A DNA stretch of 25,882 nucleotides from an uncultured Deinococcales bacterium (GTDB taxonomy: Bacteria > Deinococcota > Deinococci > Deinococcales > JAAFIG01). The notes under the pieces were generated by a model, which saw only the letters and a program-made list of their open reading frames with translations, was not told where the DNA came from and searched no databases. Every line of letters starts with the position of its first letter. Within the stretch, counting starts at the first letter, position 1. The position numbers and the translations under genes are program-made. The stretch covers positions 1-25,882 of the forward strand of contig CAXTKV010000053.1 of assembly GCA_964244895.1 (NCBI GenBank), given 5' to 3'. This document shows positions 17,131 to 25,141 of this stretch, in pieces.

Positions 17131-18516
17131 TTACGGTTGGCTGATTCGTTGCGCCTCGAGCGTCAGCGCCACGTAGTCCTTGGCGGCCTCGCGCCCGAGC
17201 TGAATGGCGATTGCGCCCGCACCGTTCGGGTAACGGTACGGTGCGAAAACGGGAACGCCCAGGAAGCTGGCGTAATTTTCGACGGCGACCTGGTCAGCCC
17301 ACGGTCGGTACAGGACTTGCGTGGGCACGTCGGCAGCCTCGAGTTCCAGCACGGTCGCTTCGGGCATGCCTGAGCGCTTCAGGTAGGCCGCGAAGGCGCG
17401 GCCTAATCCTGGAACACCGGACTGATCCACGACCGTGACAGCTTGGGTCGGAAGGCCCGTCTGGTTGGCGTCCGTGGTCTGAGTCCCGAGGATCGGAGCC
17501 ATCAGGCGCGCGATGCCTTCCTGGTCGGGCAGCAGGTTCGTGCCGAAACGCGCGTTTTCGATGGTCGGCAAGGTGGCAAAGTTCGGCTTGATGGCGCGCA
17601 GTTGGGGGAGCACGGTTCTGACCAGTTCCAGGTCGGCGTTGGTGGTCACGTCGTTGGAAAGCCCAGCGATCAGGGTCGGAATCGCGCCGACCACGGCGGG
17701 CGATTTGATCTTCTCGAGCAACTGCCCGATCATGGCCTTGCCGCGATCCATTCGGGCGTAATCGCTGCCGTAGCCGTGCCGGAAGCGCAGGTACCCCACG
17801 GCGGTCTTGCCATTCAGGTGCTGGTTCCCGGCGGGCAGGTGAATGTGCAGGTTGGCGGCCACGTCGTCGTAGTCCATGGCTTCGGGCAAGTACACGTCCA
17901 CGCCACCGAGCGCATCGATCACCTTCTCGACCAGTTCGACGTTGAAAATGCCGTAGTAGTCGATATTCACGCCCATCAGGCTTTCCAGGTTCGTCTTGAG
18001 TGCTTCCGCGCCGCCCCGAGCGTAAACCTCGCCTGCACCGGCGTCCTTGATGGTGATGCCAGCCTGCGTCAGGGCTTCCTGGCCGCCGTAATCGAAGCTC
18101 GAGTTGATCTTGTGGGTGCCGTACTTGTCGGTCATTTGCGTGTCGCGCGGGATCGAGATCACGTCCATGCGCTGCGAGCTGACGTGAATGAAGATCATCG
18201 TGTCGGTGCGTCCCTGGTAGCGCTCCGCGCCCTCGCACGGCACGGCCTCGAGACCGCTCGGGCCGAAACCGGGCTTGCAGTAGTTGATATCGCGCCCGGC
18301 GATCAGCACGTTGAATGGGGCAATCTGACCGCCGGTGGTCGTCAGGTTTGGGCGAGCTTCGGCGCGGTAGCCCGTGGGGTTTTCAGCCACCCAGTACGAC
18401 ACCAGGCTGAGGATCGCCAGCATCACCCCGGCGGTCTGGAAGCCGCGACGCCACATCAGTTCGACCTGAGACTTTTCGCGCGCCGAGACTTCACGATGAA
18501 CTCCTGAGTCCCGCAT
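17131..18516 (-). CDS. LCP (LytR-CpsA-Psr) family protein with LytR_C-like C-terminus
   Basis: TM helix, RTDTMIF, ISIPRDT, KINS, IDALGGVDV, YLRFRHG..SDYARMDR. Start placed at ATG 18516; ATG 18456 is possible. Confidence 0.92.
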   Translation of the reverse strand: MRDSGVHREVSAREKSQVELMWRRGFQTAGVMLAILSLVSYWVAENPTGYRAEARPNLTTTGGQIAPFNVLIAGRDINYCKPGFGPSGLEAVPCEGAERYQGRTDTMIFIHVSSQRMDVISIPRDTQMTDKYGTHKINSSFDYGGQEALTQAGITIKDAGAGEVYARGGAEALKTNLESLMGVNIDYYGIFNVELVEKVIDALGGVDVYLPEAMDYDDVAANLHIHLPAGNQHLNGKTAVGYLRFRHGYGSDYARMDRGKAMIGQLLEKIKSPAVVGAIPTLIAGLSNDVTTNADLELVRTVLPQLRAIKPNFATLPTIENARFGTNLLPDQEGIARLMAPILGTQTTDANQTGLPTQAVTVVDQSGVPGLGRAFAAYLKRSGMPEATVLELEAADVPTQVLYRPWADQVAVENYASFLGVPVFAPYRYPNGAGAIAIQLGREAAKDYVALTLEAQRISQP

Positions 18517-19144
18517 GTTTTCTCGGCGTCCTGACGCGTTTCTCGAGCGGTACGGATTCAGCCCGAGAGGCGATGTCCTGGCAGGCGGGTTGCTCGGGCA
18601 GGCTGCGTTCCTGGCGCAAGCGCTCGAAGGCGGCGCGGGTGCGCGGGTGGACGGGCTTGCCACGGCTTTCCAGGTACGTGACCTTGCAAAAGAGTGCTTC
18701 GGCGTAAGCGCCTTCCAGGTCGGTGAAGGCCAGTTCGCGAATGTGATGGTTGACGCCGCGACCGGGTTCGGACACATCCGCGACGTACACGGCCAGCGCA
18801 ATGCGGTTGCCGCCGCGCGGCCCGGTGACGTGATCCTCGACGGCCTCGAGCACTTCGGCGTCCTCGAAGCCCTCAGATTCCAGGATGGCGCGGGCGGCCC
18901 GACCGTGGAGCGCCATCGGGTGTCCGGCGTCCAGCTCTGATTCGGGCGGCGCGAGGCGCAGGAGTTCATCTGCGGGCAGGTCTCGAGCCAGGTCGTGCAG
19001 GATGCCCGCCAGGTAGGCGCGTTCGGCATCCAGGCCGTTGGCGAGCGCGATCTCTCGAGCCAGATCGGCCACGCGCACGATGTGCTCGAAGCGGGCGACC
19101 TTGACGTTGCCGCGAACCCGTTCAGTCCAGCCTTCGAGGGTCAC
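18491..19144 (-). CDS. yqeK: HD-domain Ap4A hydrolase YqeK
   Basis: RFEHIVRV, AGILHDLAR, LHGRAA, VYVADVSEPGR; adjacent to nadD and rsfS as is usual for this family. Confidence 0.92.
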   Translation of the reverse strand: MTLEGWTERVRGNVKVARFEHIVRVADLAREIALANGLDAERAYLAGILHDLARDLPADELLRLAPPESELDAGHPMALHGRAARAILESEGFEDAEVLEAVEDHVTGPRGGNRIALAVYVADVSEPGRGVNHHIRELAFTDLEGAYAEALFCKVTYLESRGKPVHPRTRAAFERLRQERSLPEQPACQDIASRAESVPLEKRVRTPRKHAGLRSSS

Positions 19145-19157
19145 GGTGAGACCTGAA

Positions 19158-19220
19158 GCGCGCTCAACGGTGGAAGTCGCGCGGTCAACGGTAGAGGTCG
19201 CGCGTTTAGCGGTAGAGTTC
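19158..19220. repeat. Three imperfect 21-bp tandem copies spanning the nadD stop codon
   Basis: GCGCGCTCAACGGTGGAAGTC / GCGCGGTCAACGGTAGAGGTC / GCGCGTTTAGCGGTAGAGTTC. Confidence 0.85.
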
Positions 19221-19868
19221 GAATCGTTTGAGATAGTCCGCCACGCTCCTCGGCACCAGGTATTCGATTGGGGCTTCGATCCCGACCCGCCGACGGATCT
19301 CGCTCGAGGAGACCGCCACGCCGGGCCAGCTCACGACGGTGGTCGGGGAATCCGACCTGAGACTGGAATTATAGTCACTGCCCGATTCGGTCTTGGTGAA
19401 GTCCGTCTCGGAATTCTTCACGTTTCCGGGTTTTTCGGTGAATCCCACCCGTTCGACCACGATGATTCGCGCCAACACCAGGATGTCGTCGATCGCGCGC
19501 CACTGTTCCAGCGTGCGGGCCGCGTCCGTGCCGACGATCAGGTGCAGTTCCGCTTCCGGCTCAAGCGCCTGCAAACGCCGCAAGGTTTCGACCGTGAAGT
19601 GCGGGCCGGGCGCGTCCAGTTCCAGCCGCGTGGCTTCCAGAACGCCACCCTGAACGAAGGGCGATTCGAGCGCCGCCAGACGGGTCATCTCGAAGCGGTG
19701 TTCTGCGGAAGCGACGGGCTTCTTGTGGGGCGGTTGACCCGTGGCGGACAACATCACTTTCTCGAGCCCGACCTGGTAGGCGCTTTCGATGGCTGCACCG
19801 AGGTGACCCCAGTGGATCGGATCGAATCCGCCACCCATCAATCCGATTTTTCGGTTCGATTTCGGCAT
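19206..19868 (-). CDS. nadD: Nicotinate-nucleotide adenylyltransferase
   Basis: GGGFDPIHWGH, PPHK, FTVETL, LIVGTD, VSSSEIRRR; start ATG 19868 (TTG 19877 is the alternative). Confidence 0.95.
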   Translation of the reverse strand: MPKSNRKIGLMGGGFDPIHWGHLGAAIESAYQVGLEKVMLSATGQPPHKKPVASAEHRFEMTRLAALESPFVQGGVLEATRLELDAPGPHFTVETLRRLQALEPEAELHLIVGTDAARTLEQWRAIDDILVLARIIVVERVGFTEKPGNVKNSETDFTKTESGSDYNSSLRSDSPTTVVSWPGVAVSSSEIRRRVGIEAPIEYLVPRSVADYLKRFELYR

Positions 19869-19880
19869 GATCCTCAAACC

Positions 19881-21317
19881 TTACCGTGCAGGACGGTCTT
19901 CACTGACGGAAATACTGTCTGGAAAGGTTTCCTCGGGGATTTCGGCTTCTGGGTCATCTTTGGGTTCGTAATCCAGGTAGTAGCTGCGCGGCACGTGTTC
20001 TTCGGGTTCCTGGGCTTTTTTCTCGAATTCGTCGTCGAAGTATTCGAAAGCGAACGCGCCGATCTGAACGGTGTCCTTGGCCCTGACGCCGGCGCGTTTG
20101 AGGGCGTTGTTCAGACCCTGGCGGGCGAAGTATTCCTCGAGGTACTCGGCGGCGTCGTCCAGGTGGCGCGCGAACCTCGAGACTCGAGCCTCGAAACCGC
20201 CGCCCGTGACCGCCCAGGTGCGCGTGCCGTCCTCGTGCGTTTCCAGGAGCGCGGCTCGCACGGGTTCGGGGCCTTGCACGATCTCGGGTTCGGCCAGGCT
20301 GGCGCGTTCGGGCCGCGCGGGCAGCAGGTCGAAGATCAGCGTTCTGAGTTCATCCAGACCTGTTCGGTTCATGGCGGAAATCCCGACGACCGGCAAGCCG
20401 AAACCCGCGAGTTCGTCGATCACCATCGATTGAACGTCGGCCTCGATCAGGTCGGTCTTGTTGAGCGCGATCAGCGCAGGATTGTCCAGCAAACTCGGGT
20501 CGTACTCGCGGACTTCGGCGCGAAGTTTCTCGAGTTCGACCGCCGGATCTTGATCGGCGGCCAGCACCCAGATCAGCAATCGCGTGCGCGAGATGTGCCG
20601 CAGGAATTCGAGCCCGAGGCCCTTGCCCTGCGACGCGCCCTCGATGATGCCGGGAATGTCCGCCATCGTGAAGCGCGTCTGCTCTTCGGCGGTGAAGGTG
20701 CTTCGTTCTCGCGTCACCACGCCCAGGATCGGCGAGAGCGTCGTGAACGGGTAGGCCGCGACTTCCGGGTTGGCGTTGGAGAGCGCTTTTAAAAGGCTGG
20801 ATTTCCCCGCGTTCGGGTAACCGACCAGGCCCACGTCCGCGATCAGGCGCAGCTCGAGCCTGAGTTTGCGCACTTGCCCCGGCACGCCGAGTTCCGCGAA
20901 GCGCGGCCCCTGGCGTCTGGACGTCGCGAAGACGCTGTTGCCGCGTCCACCCTCGCCACCTCTGGCGACCAGCGCCAGTTCTCCGACGTGAACGAGATCC
21001 GCCACGATCCGTTCGCTGCTCGCGTCGATCGCGACCGTTCCGATCGGCACGTCGATGTACACGTCCTGGCCGTCGCTACCGGCCTTCAAGCGGCCCGAGC
21101 CGTAATCGCCGTTGCTGGCCTTGTATTTGCGCTTGCCGACCAGCGAATCCAGGCTTTCGACCCCGCCGACCGCGCGCAAATAGATGCTGCCGCCCTTGCC
21201 GCCGTGCCCGCCGTCCGGGCCGCCCTTGGGGATGTACTTCTCGCGGCGGAACGACATCGAGCCGTCCCCGCCGTTCCCGGCGGACACTTGAATCTCGAGC
21301 ACGTCACGAAAAGGCAT
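19881..21317 (-). CDS. obgE: GTPase Obg/CgtA
   Basis: [44 protein letters not shown] and a C-terminal OCT domain; ATG 21317 behind GGAG. Confidence 0.98.
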   Translation of the reverse strand: MPFRDVLEIQVSAGNGGDGSMSFRREKYIPKGGPDGGHGGKGGSIYLRAVGGVESLDSLVGKRKYKASNGDYGSGRLKAGSDGQDVYIDVPIGTVAIDASSERIVADLVHVGELALVARGGEGGRGNSVFATSRRQGPRFAELGVPGQVRKLRLELRLIADVGLVGYPNAGKSSLLKALSNANPEVAAYPFTTLSPILGVVTRERSTFTAEEQTRFTMADIPGIIEGASQGKGLGLEFLRHISRTRLLIWVLAADQDPAVELEKLRAEVREYDPSLLDNPALIALNKTDLIEADVQSMVIDELAGFGLPVVGISAMNRTGLDELRTLIFDLLPARPERASLAEPEIVQGPEPVRAALLETHEDGTRTWAVTGGGFEARVSRFARHLDDAAEYLEEYFARQGLNNALKRAGVRAKDTVQIGAFAFEYFDDEFEKKAQEPEEHVPRSYYLDYEPKDDPEAEIPEETFPDSISVSEDRPAR

Positions 21318-21334
21318 TTGAGCTCCTGGTCTAA

Positions 21335-21382
21335 AGAACACCGTCTGGGACGATGTTCTCAATCTGCGTGCTGGACGGTCTC
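21335..21382. repeat. REP-like element between rpmA and obgE
   Basis: AGAACACCGTCTGGGACG (21335-21352) and GCGTGCTGGACGGTCTC (21366-21382). Confidence 0.85.
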
Positions 21383-21390
21383 GGGGGACG

Positions 21391-21429
21391 AAAAAGCCTC
21401 GCGCTCGAGACGACGCTCAACCGCGAGGC
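21391..21429 (-). terminator. Intrinsic terminator after rplU-rpmA
   Basis: Minus strand GCCTCGCG...CGCGAGGC followed by TTTTT. Confidence 0.75.
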
Positions 21430-21444
21430 CGAGAAAGCGAAACT

Positions 21445-21747
21445 TCAATCGTCGGCGGCTTCGGGCGCGGCAACGGGCGCAGCACCTTCGCTCGCCAAAG
21501 GCTCGACCGAGATGAAGCGGCCCATCTTACCCTTGTCCGCGAACTTGACGATGCCGTGCTCGAGCGCGAACAGCGTGTGGTCGCGGCCCATGCCGACGTT
21601 GGCACCGGCCTGGAATTTCGTGCCGCGCTGGCGAACCAGGATGTTGCCCGCCAGGACTTTTTCGCCGCCGAACTTCTTGACGCCGAGGTACTTCGGGTTG
21701 GAGTCGCGTCCGTTCTTGGACGAACCCACGCCTTTCTTGTGTGCCAT
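21445..21747 (-). CDS. rpmA: 50S ribosomal protein L27
   Basis: [16 protein letters not shown]...[10 protein letters not shown]...GRDHTLFAL. Confidence 0.99.
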   Translation of the reverse strand: MAHKKGVGSSKNGRDSNPKYLGVKKFGGEKVLAGNILVRQRGTKFQAGANVGMGRDHTLFALEHGIVKFADKGKMGRFISVEPLASEGAAPVAAPEAADD

Positions 21748-21779
21748 GTCAGTTCACCTTTTCGTTGAAAGTGGGGGGC

Positions 21780-22079
21780 TTACTTGACCGACGTGATCTT
21801 GACGTCGGTGTAGGCCTGACGGTGGCCATTGCGGCGGCGGTACTGGATGCCAGACTTGTACTTGTCGACGTAGATCTTGTCGCCCTTGACGTGGCGCACG
21901 ACCTGGGCAGCCACCTTGATCTTGGCCGCGTCGCCCGCGACCTTGAGGGCTTCCCCACCGACCAGCAGGCTGGTGAATTCGAGGGCCGCGCCCGGTTCGA
22001 GCTTGAGTTTCTCGACGCGAATGGTGTCGCCTTCATTAACTCGGTACTGCTTTCCGCCCGTCTGAATGATCGCAAACAT
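21780..22079 (-). CDS. rplU: 50S ribosomal protein L21
   Basis: [14 protein letters not shown]...GHRQAYT; ATG 22079 behind GGAGG. Confidence 0.99.
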   Translation of the reverse strand: MFAIIQTGGKQYRVNEGDTIRVEKLKLEPGAALEFTSLLVGGEALKVAGDAAKIKVAAQVVRHVKGDKIYVDKYKSGIQYRRRNGHRQAYTDVKITSVK

Positions 22080-22149
22080 CGTTTCCTCCGACGGGCGCGA
22101 GTGGTTGTGCTCGTTTCCCGTAAATCGCCCCGATGGGGCAAGCCGTGAA

Positions 22150-22178
22150 AGTGTAGCACGCCTTTGGCGCTTCCTCAA
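22150..22178 (-). promoter_or_regulatory. Promoter of the rplU-rpmA operon
   Basis: Minus strand TTGAGG-17 nt-TACACT with extended -10 TG. Confidence 0.75.
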
Positions 22179-22264
22179 GCCCATTCCTGCGGCGCGTTCA
22201 AGCCCATTCCTGCGGCGCGTTCAAGCCCATTCCTGCGGCGCGTTCGAGCCCAGTGCCGTGGCGC
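22175..22264. repeat. 23-bp tandem repeat, three perfect copies plus one degenerate
   Basis: TCAAGCCCATTCCTGCGGCGCGT at 22175, 22198 and 22221; TCGAGCCCAGTGCCGTGGCGC at 22244. Confidence 0.95.
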
Positions 22265-22285
22265 ACCAGCTCGAGCCGCTCTCAG

Positions 22286-22345
22286 AGAACACCGTTCAGG
22301 ACACGCTTTTTGACAACTCGAGAATCGCGTCCATCACGGTCTTCT
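22286..22345. repeat. Degenerate REP-like element
   Basis: AGAACACCGTTCAGGAC (22286-22302) and CGCGTCCATCACGGTCTTCT (22326-22345), with CTCGAG in the loop. Confidence 0.75.
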
Positions 22346-22360
22346 TGAAAGCCGTTCGCT

Positions 22361-23239
22361 TCAACGCGCGTGCGGGGCTTGGCGAACCGCCTCGAGCACC
22401 CAGTCGTGGCGCGGGCTCAAGCCGGACTTTCGGACTTTCTCGCGCACCGTCTGGCAGCGGCAACCGCTGTAACTGCACAAAAGCGCTTCCGGGTTGTGGT
22501 TGAGCATCGCGATGGTGGTGTCCACCACGTCGCGCACGCGCATTCTGGACACGACCGCCTTGCCGACATCGATGGTTTCCAGCGTCTGAAGCCGACCCTG
22601 AATCGCGTTGAAGGCCGCCGAGCAATTCGGAAAGTACGTGTGCTGCACACCGTCCACTGATGACACCCAGCGATCCAACAATGGTCTACCCGCCAGGTAT
22701 TCGCCGTAATGGATGGTCGTGTTGGAACGGTGATCCACACCCAGCAGGATCACGTCGGCGTCCAGCGCGTACAGCGCGCCGATGGGGCCGTATGGGTTCT
22801 CGAGGCTCTGCGCGTCCAGCACGTGGTGATCGTGCGGCCCGAGCGCGATGAACGAGAGCGCCGGGTGATTTGAGCGCCGGGGCGCGAACCGATCCAGCAT
22901 CATCTGCGAAACCTTGCCGATGTCCGGGCTGACCGGCGAATCCGGTCGGAAGCGCGGCCCGTCGGTGGGCAGGTTTTTGGGCCAGTCCGCTTGGCGCTGA
23001 CTGACCGGCCAGGCCAGCGTGTAGTACGTGAAGGCGGGCATCACGACCGTGGCCACGCGCCGCCTGAGCGTCTCCAGGATCGTCGGTGCGCCGCCGGAGA
23101 GGTAGCCGAAGGAACTCAGGCTCGAATGGACGATGGCATCCTTTGTGCCATCCAGACCGAGCAACCCGAGCGCACGATCGAGCTCGCCGGGGTTGACCGG
23201 GCCGCTCCAGGCGCGTCGCACGAAGTTCAGCATGCCCAC
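22361..23239 (-). CDS. AAC(3)/YokD-like N-acetyltransferase family protein
   Basis: IVHSSLSSFG..GGA, VMPAFT, RSNHPALSF, LLGVDHRSNTTIHYGE, C-terminal LLCSYSGCRC; TAGTCT 5 nt upstream of GTG. Confidence 0.9.
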   Translation of the reverse strand: MGMLNFVRRAWSGPVNPGELDRALGLLGLDGTKDAIVHSSLSSFGYLSGGAPTILETLRRRVATVVMPAFTYYTLAWPVSQRQADWPKNLPTDGPRFRPDSPVSPDIGKVSQMMLDRFAPRRSNHPALSFIALGPHDHHVLDAQSLENPYGPIGALYALDADVILLGVDHRSNTTIHYGEYLAGRPLLDRWVSSVDGVQHTYFPNCSAAFNAIQGRLQTLETIDVGKAVVSRMRVRDVVDTTIAMLNHNPEALLCSYSGCRCQTVREKVRKSGLSPRHDWVLEAVRQAPHAR

Positions 23240-23401
23240 GCCTCAGACTAACATCGCGCCGCGTTTTCAGCCGTTCATTCAGCGATCCTGCGCGACGCAC
23301 ACGAGGCTTGAGACCAGCGCAGCACCGGCCAACCCAGCGATGGATGCGGACTGAACGATCCAGTTTTCTCGAGCGCAGATAAAAACCGATCTGTACCCAC
23401 G

Positions 23402-23426
23402 AAAAAAGCCCGAGCGTTTCTCGGGC
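23402..23426 (-). terminator. Intrinsic terminator
   Basis: Minus strand GCCCGAG-aaacg-CTCGGGC-TTTTTT. Confidence 0.85.
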
Positions 23427-23447
23427 TGAGCGCTCAGGAAAGCGGGT

Positions 23448-23672
23448 TCAATCGTAGTTGATGTGCATCATGTACAGGCTGATGCCGATGGTCACGAGCG
23501 TCGCCGCGATCTTGGCGATCATCGCTTCGGCGGACATTTCGCGCTTCGGGAAGAGGCTGTCGAACCACCAGTAGACCGTCAGGGCCAGCAGGCCGATGCC
23601 GACCAGCCAGCCGACCAGCGTGGGAACGTCCTTCGGGTGATTCAGGAACGGCAGTTTGAAGGGAACTTGCAT
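23448..23672 (-). CDS. Small hypothetical membrane protein (two TM helices, 74 aa)
   Basis: MQVPFKLPF... with two hydrophobic helices; TATGCT 6 nt upstream of ATG 23672; terminator directly downstream. Confidence 0.8.
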   Translation of the reverse strand: MQVPFKLPFLNHPKDVPTLVGWLVGIGLLALTVYWWFDSLFPKREMSAEAMIAKIAATLVTIGISLYMMHINYD

Positions 23673-23830
23673 GCGCGGAGCATACCAAAATCCGGCGCGA
23701 CAGATGACCCGCCCCTTGGGTGCGCCGGAAGCTCGAGGAACATCGCGTGCGGCGCGCTCCGAACGCACTCGAGCTGTTCGGTGCATCCGATCGCGCTCGA
23801 GGAACCCTTTCTGGACAGCCAAATAGCGCA

Positions 23831-23885
23831 TTCACACGGCGTTCACCCGCCGATCCAGCACCGTTCACCCGCCCGCGCCTAGCTT
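23831..23885 (+). promoter_or_regulatory. 11-bp-periodic TTCAC direct repeats upstream of a -10-like TAGCTT
   Basis: TTCAC at 23831, 23842 and 23864 (weak slot at about 23853); CGTTCACCCGCC repeated at 23840 and 23862; TAGCTT at 23880-23885. Confidence 0.6.
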
Positions 23886-23933
23886 GATTTCAAGCGTTCG
23901 GCACAGTCCGAGCGCACCAAGGAGGCAAGGCAT

Positions 23934-24428
23934 ATGTGGCACTACGGTATGGCTCCCATGATGGGCTTCGGTTTCGGATTCTTGAACTTCATCGGCACGA
24001 TCCTGTTCTTCGTGTTCTTGTTCGGGCTGTTGCGGATGTTCTTCCGTGGTTGGCGGCACGCGGGCATGGGTCGCGGCGGCATGGGTGGAAACGGCTGGGG
24101 CGGCCCGTGGATGGCCCGAGGCATGGGTCAAGGCTGGGGTCGGCACGGTTGGGGCGGCATGATGGGCGGCTGGAACGGTCGCGACGATGCGCTCGAGACG
24201 GCCCGCGAGCGCCTGGCGCGTTCGGAGATCACGCCCGAGCAGTTCGAGACGATCAAAAAGGGGCTCGAGACGCGCCGCCAGCGCGAGGAGAATCAATCCT
24301 GGGAGCAACCCTGGCGCGGCCTGATGGGCGGCAAGGACGACGCGCTCGAGACGGCTCGCTTGCGCTTCGCCAAGGGCGAGATCAGCGCCGAAGAGTTCGA
24401 GATGATCAAGCGCGCCCTCGAGAACTGA
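23934..24428 (+). CDS. Membrane protein with a Gly/Met/Trp-rich linker and two SHOCT domains
   Basis: AGGAGG RBS; TM helix; DDALETARERLARSEITPEQFE and DDALETARLRFAKGEISAEEFE. Confidence 0.9.
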   Translation: MWHYGMAPMMGFGFGFLNFIGTILFFVFLFGLLRMFFRGWRHAGMGRGGMGGNGWGGPWMARGMGQGWGRHGWGGMMGGWNGRDDALETARERLARSEITPEQFETIKKGLETRRQREENQSWEQPWRGLMGGKDDALETARLRFAKGEISAEEFEMIKRALEN

Positions 24429-24478
24429 GTGCCCGAGAACTGAATGCCCGAGAACTGAATGCCCGAGAACTGAGTGCG
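24419..24478. repeat. Four 15-bp tandem copies spanning the SHOCT gene stop codon
   Basis: CGAGAACTGA(A/G)TGC(C/G) at 24419, 24434, 24449 and 24464. Confidence 0.95.
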
Positions 24479-24519
24479 GTTCGTATCAACGGAAAACGCG
24501 GTTCGATTCTGGCTCGCGT

Positions 24520-24573
24520 CTCGAGAACACCGTCCGGCACGCACAGATAAGGATGTGTGCTGGACGGTGTTCT
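24520..24573. repeat. REP-like element
   Basis: CTCG, then AGAACACCGTCCGGCACGCA (24524-24543) and TGTGTGCTGGACGGTGTTCT (24554-24573): a 20-bp stem with two G-T pairs on the + strand. Confidence 0.95.
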
Positions 24574-24645
24574 GGGCAGCCGCACGGTTAACGCGGCTCA
24601 CCTTCGGTCAACGGGCTTCGCAACGCATCTCAATGGAGGCTGATC

Positions 24646-25011
24646 GTGTCCACCACCGCTCCCACCCCGAGCCCGCTCGCCCCGATGACCGTCTTCATGC
24701 TCGTCAGGACGACGAATGCTTGGCTCGCGTTGTCCCCAAAAGAACGTTTCGCGTTTCTGGGAACGACGATTCAACCGATTCTCGAGAAACGCTCAAAAGT
24801 CAGCCTCCGGTTCTTCGACGCAGAAGCGTTCTCGGCGCAGGTGACCGACGTGCTGGTCTGGGAAAGCCCTCAACTCGCCGAGTACCAGGCGGTGATCGAA
24901 GACCTGCGTGAGACCGCCTTCTGGGGGGTGTACTTCGAGATCGTCAGCATCATTCCCGCGATCGAGAACGCCTACGCGTCCCACTACGGGGTCAGCCCGG
25001 TCGGTTCGTAG
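24646..25011 (+). CDS. Darcynin-family protein
   Basis: GGAGG RBS with GTG start; FMLVRTTNAWLALS..ERF, LRFFDAEAFSA..TDV, LRETAFWG.YFEI. Confidence 0.85.
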   Translation: MSTTAPTPSPLAPMTVFMLVRTTNAWLALSPKERFAFLGTTIQPILEKRSKVSLRFFDAEAFSAQVTDVLVWESPQLAEYQAVIEDLRETAFWGVYFEIVSIIPAIENAYASHYGVSPVGS

Positions 25012-25045
25012 AAACCAAAGCGCCAGGATCTTCTCGCACGAGAGG

Positions 25046-25096
25046 CACCGTCCCGGACGCATCCCCAAGAATACCGTCCGGAACGGTATCCTCGAG
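25046..25096. repeat. Compact, degenerate REP-like element
   Basis: CACCGTCCCGGACG (25046-25059) and AGAATACCGTCCGGAACGGTATCCTCGAG (25068-25096). Confidence 0.7.
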
Positions 25097-25141
25097 ATCA
25101 ACCGCGCGAGCCGGCCCGCCGGGACGAAAGAAGCGAATACG

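Noticed and set aside
18517..19029. Apparent 170-aa N-terminal extension of the LCP protein (possible yqeK-LCP fusion or frameshift)
   Set aside because: It is an alternative frame of the intact yqeK gene, with Pro/Arg/Ser-rich nonsense composition and no slippery site seen.
19038..20792. 584-aa plus-strand ORF, and similar antisense ORFs at 9950-11254, 11562-13028 and 24992-25873
   Set aside because: They lie opposite well-supported genes and have no domain signatures.
22175..22264. Possible CRISPR array
   Set aside because: The units are contiguous with no unique spacers, and there are no cas genes in the window. The same applies to the repeats at 19158 and 24419.
22361..23239. Acquired aminoglycoside resistance gene
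   Set aside because: Host-like composition, chromosomal context and no mobile element; family membership alone does not show resistance.
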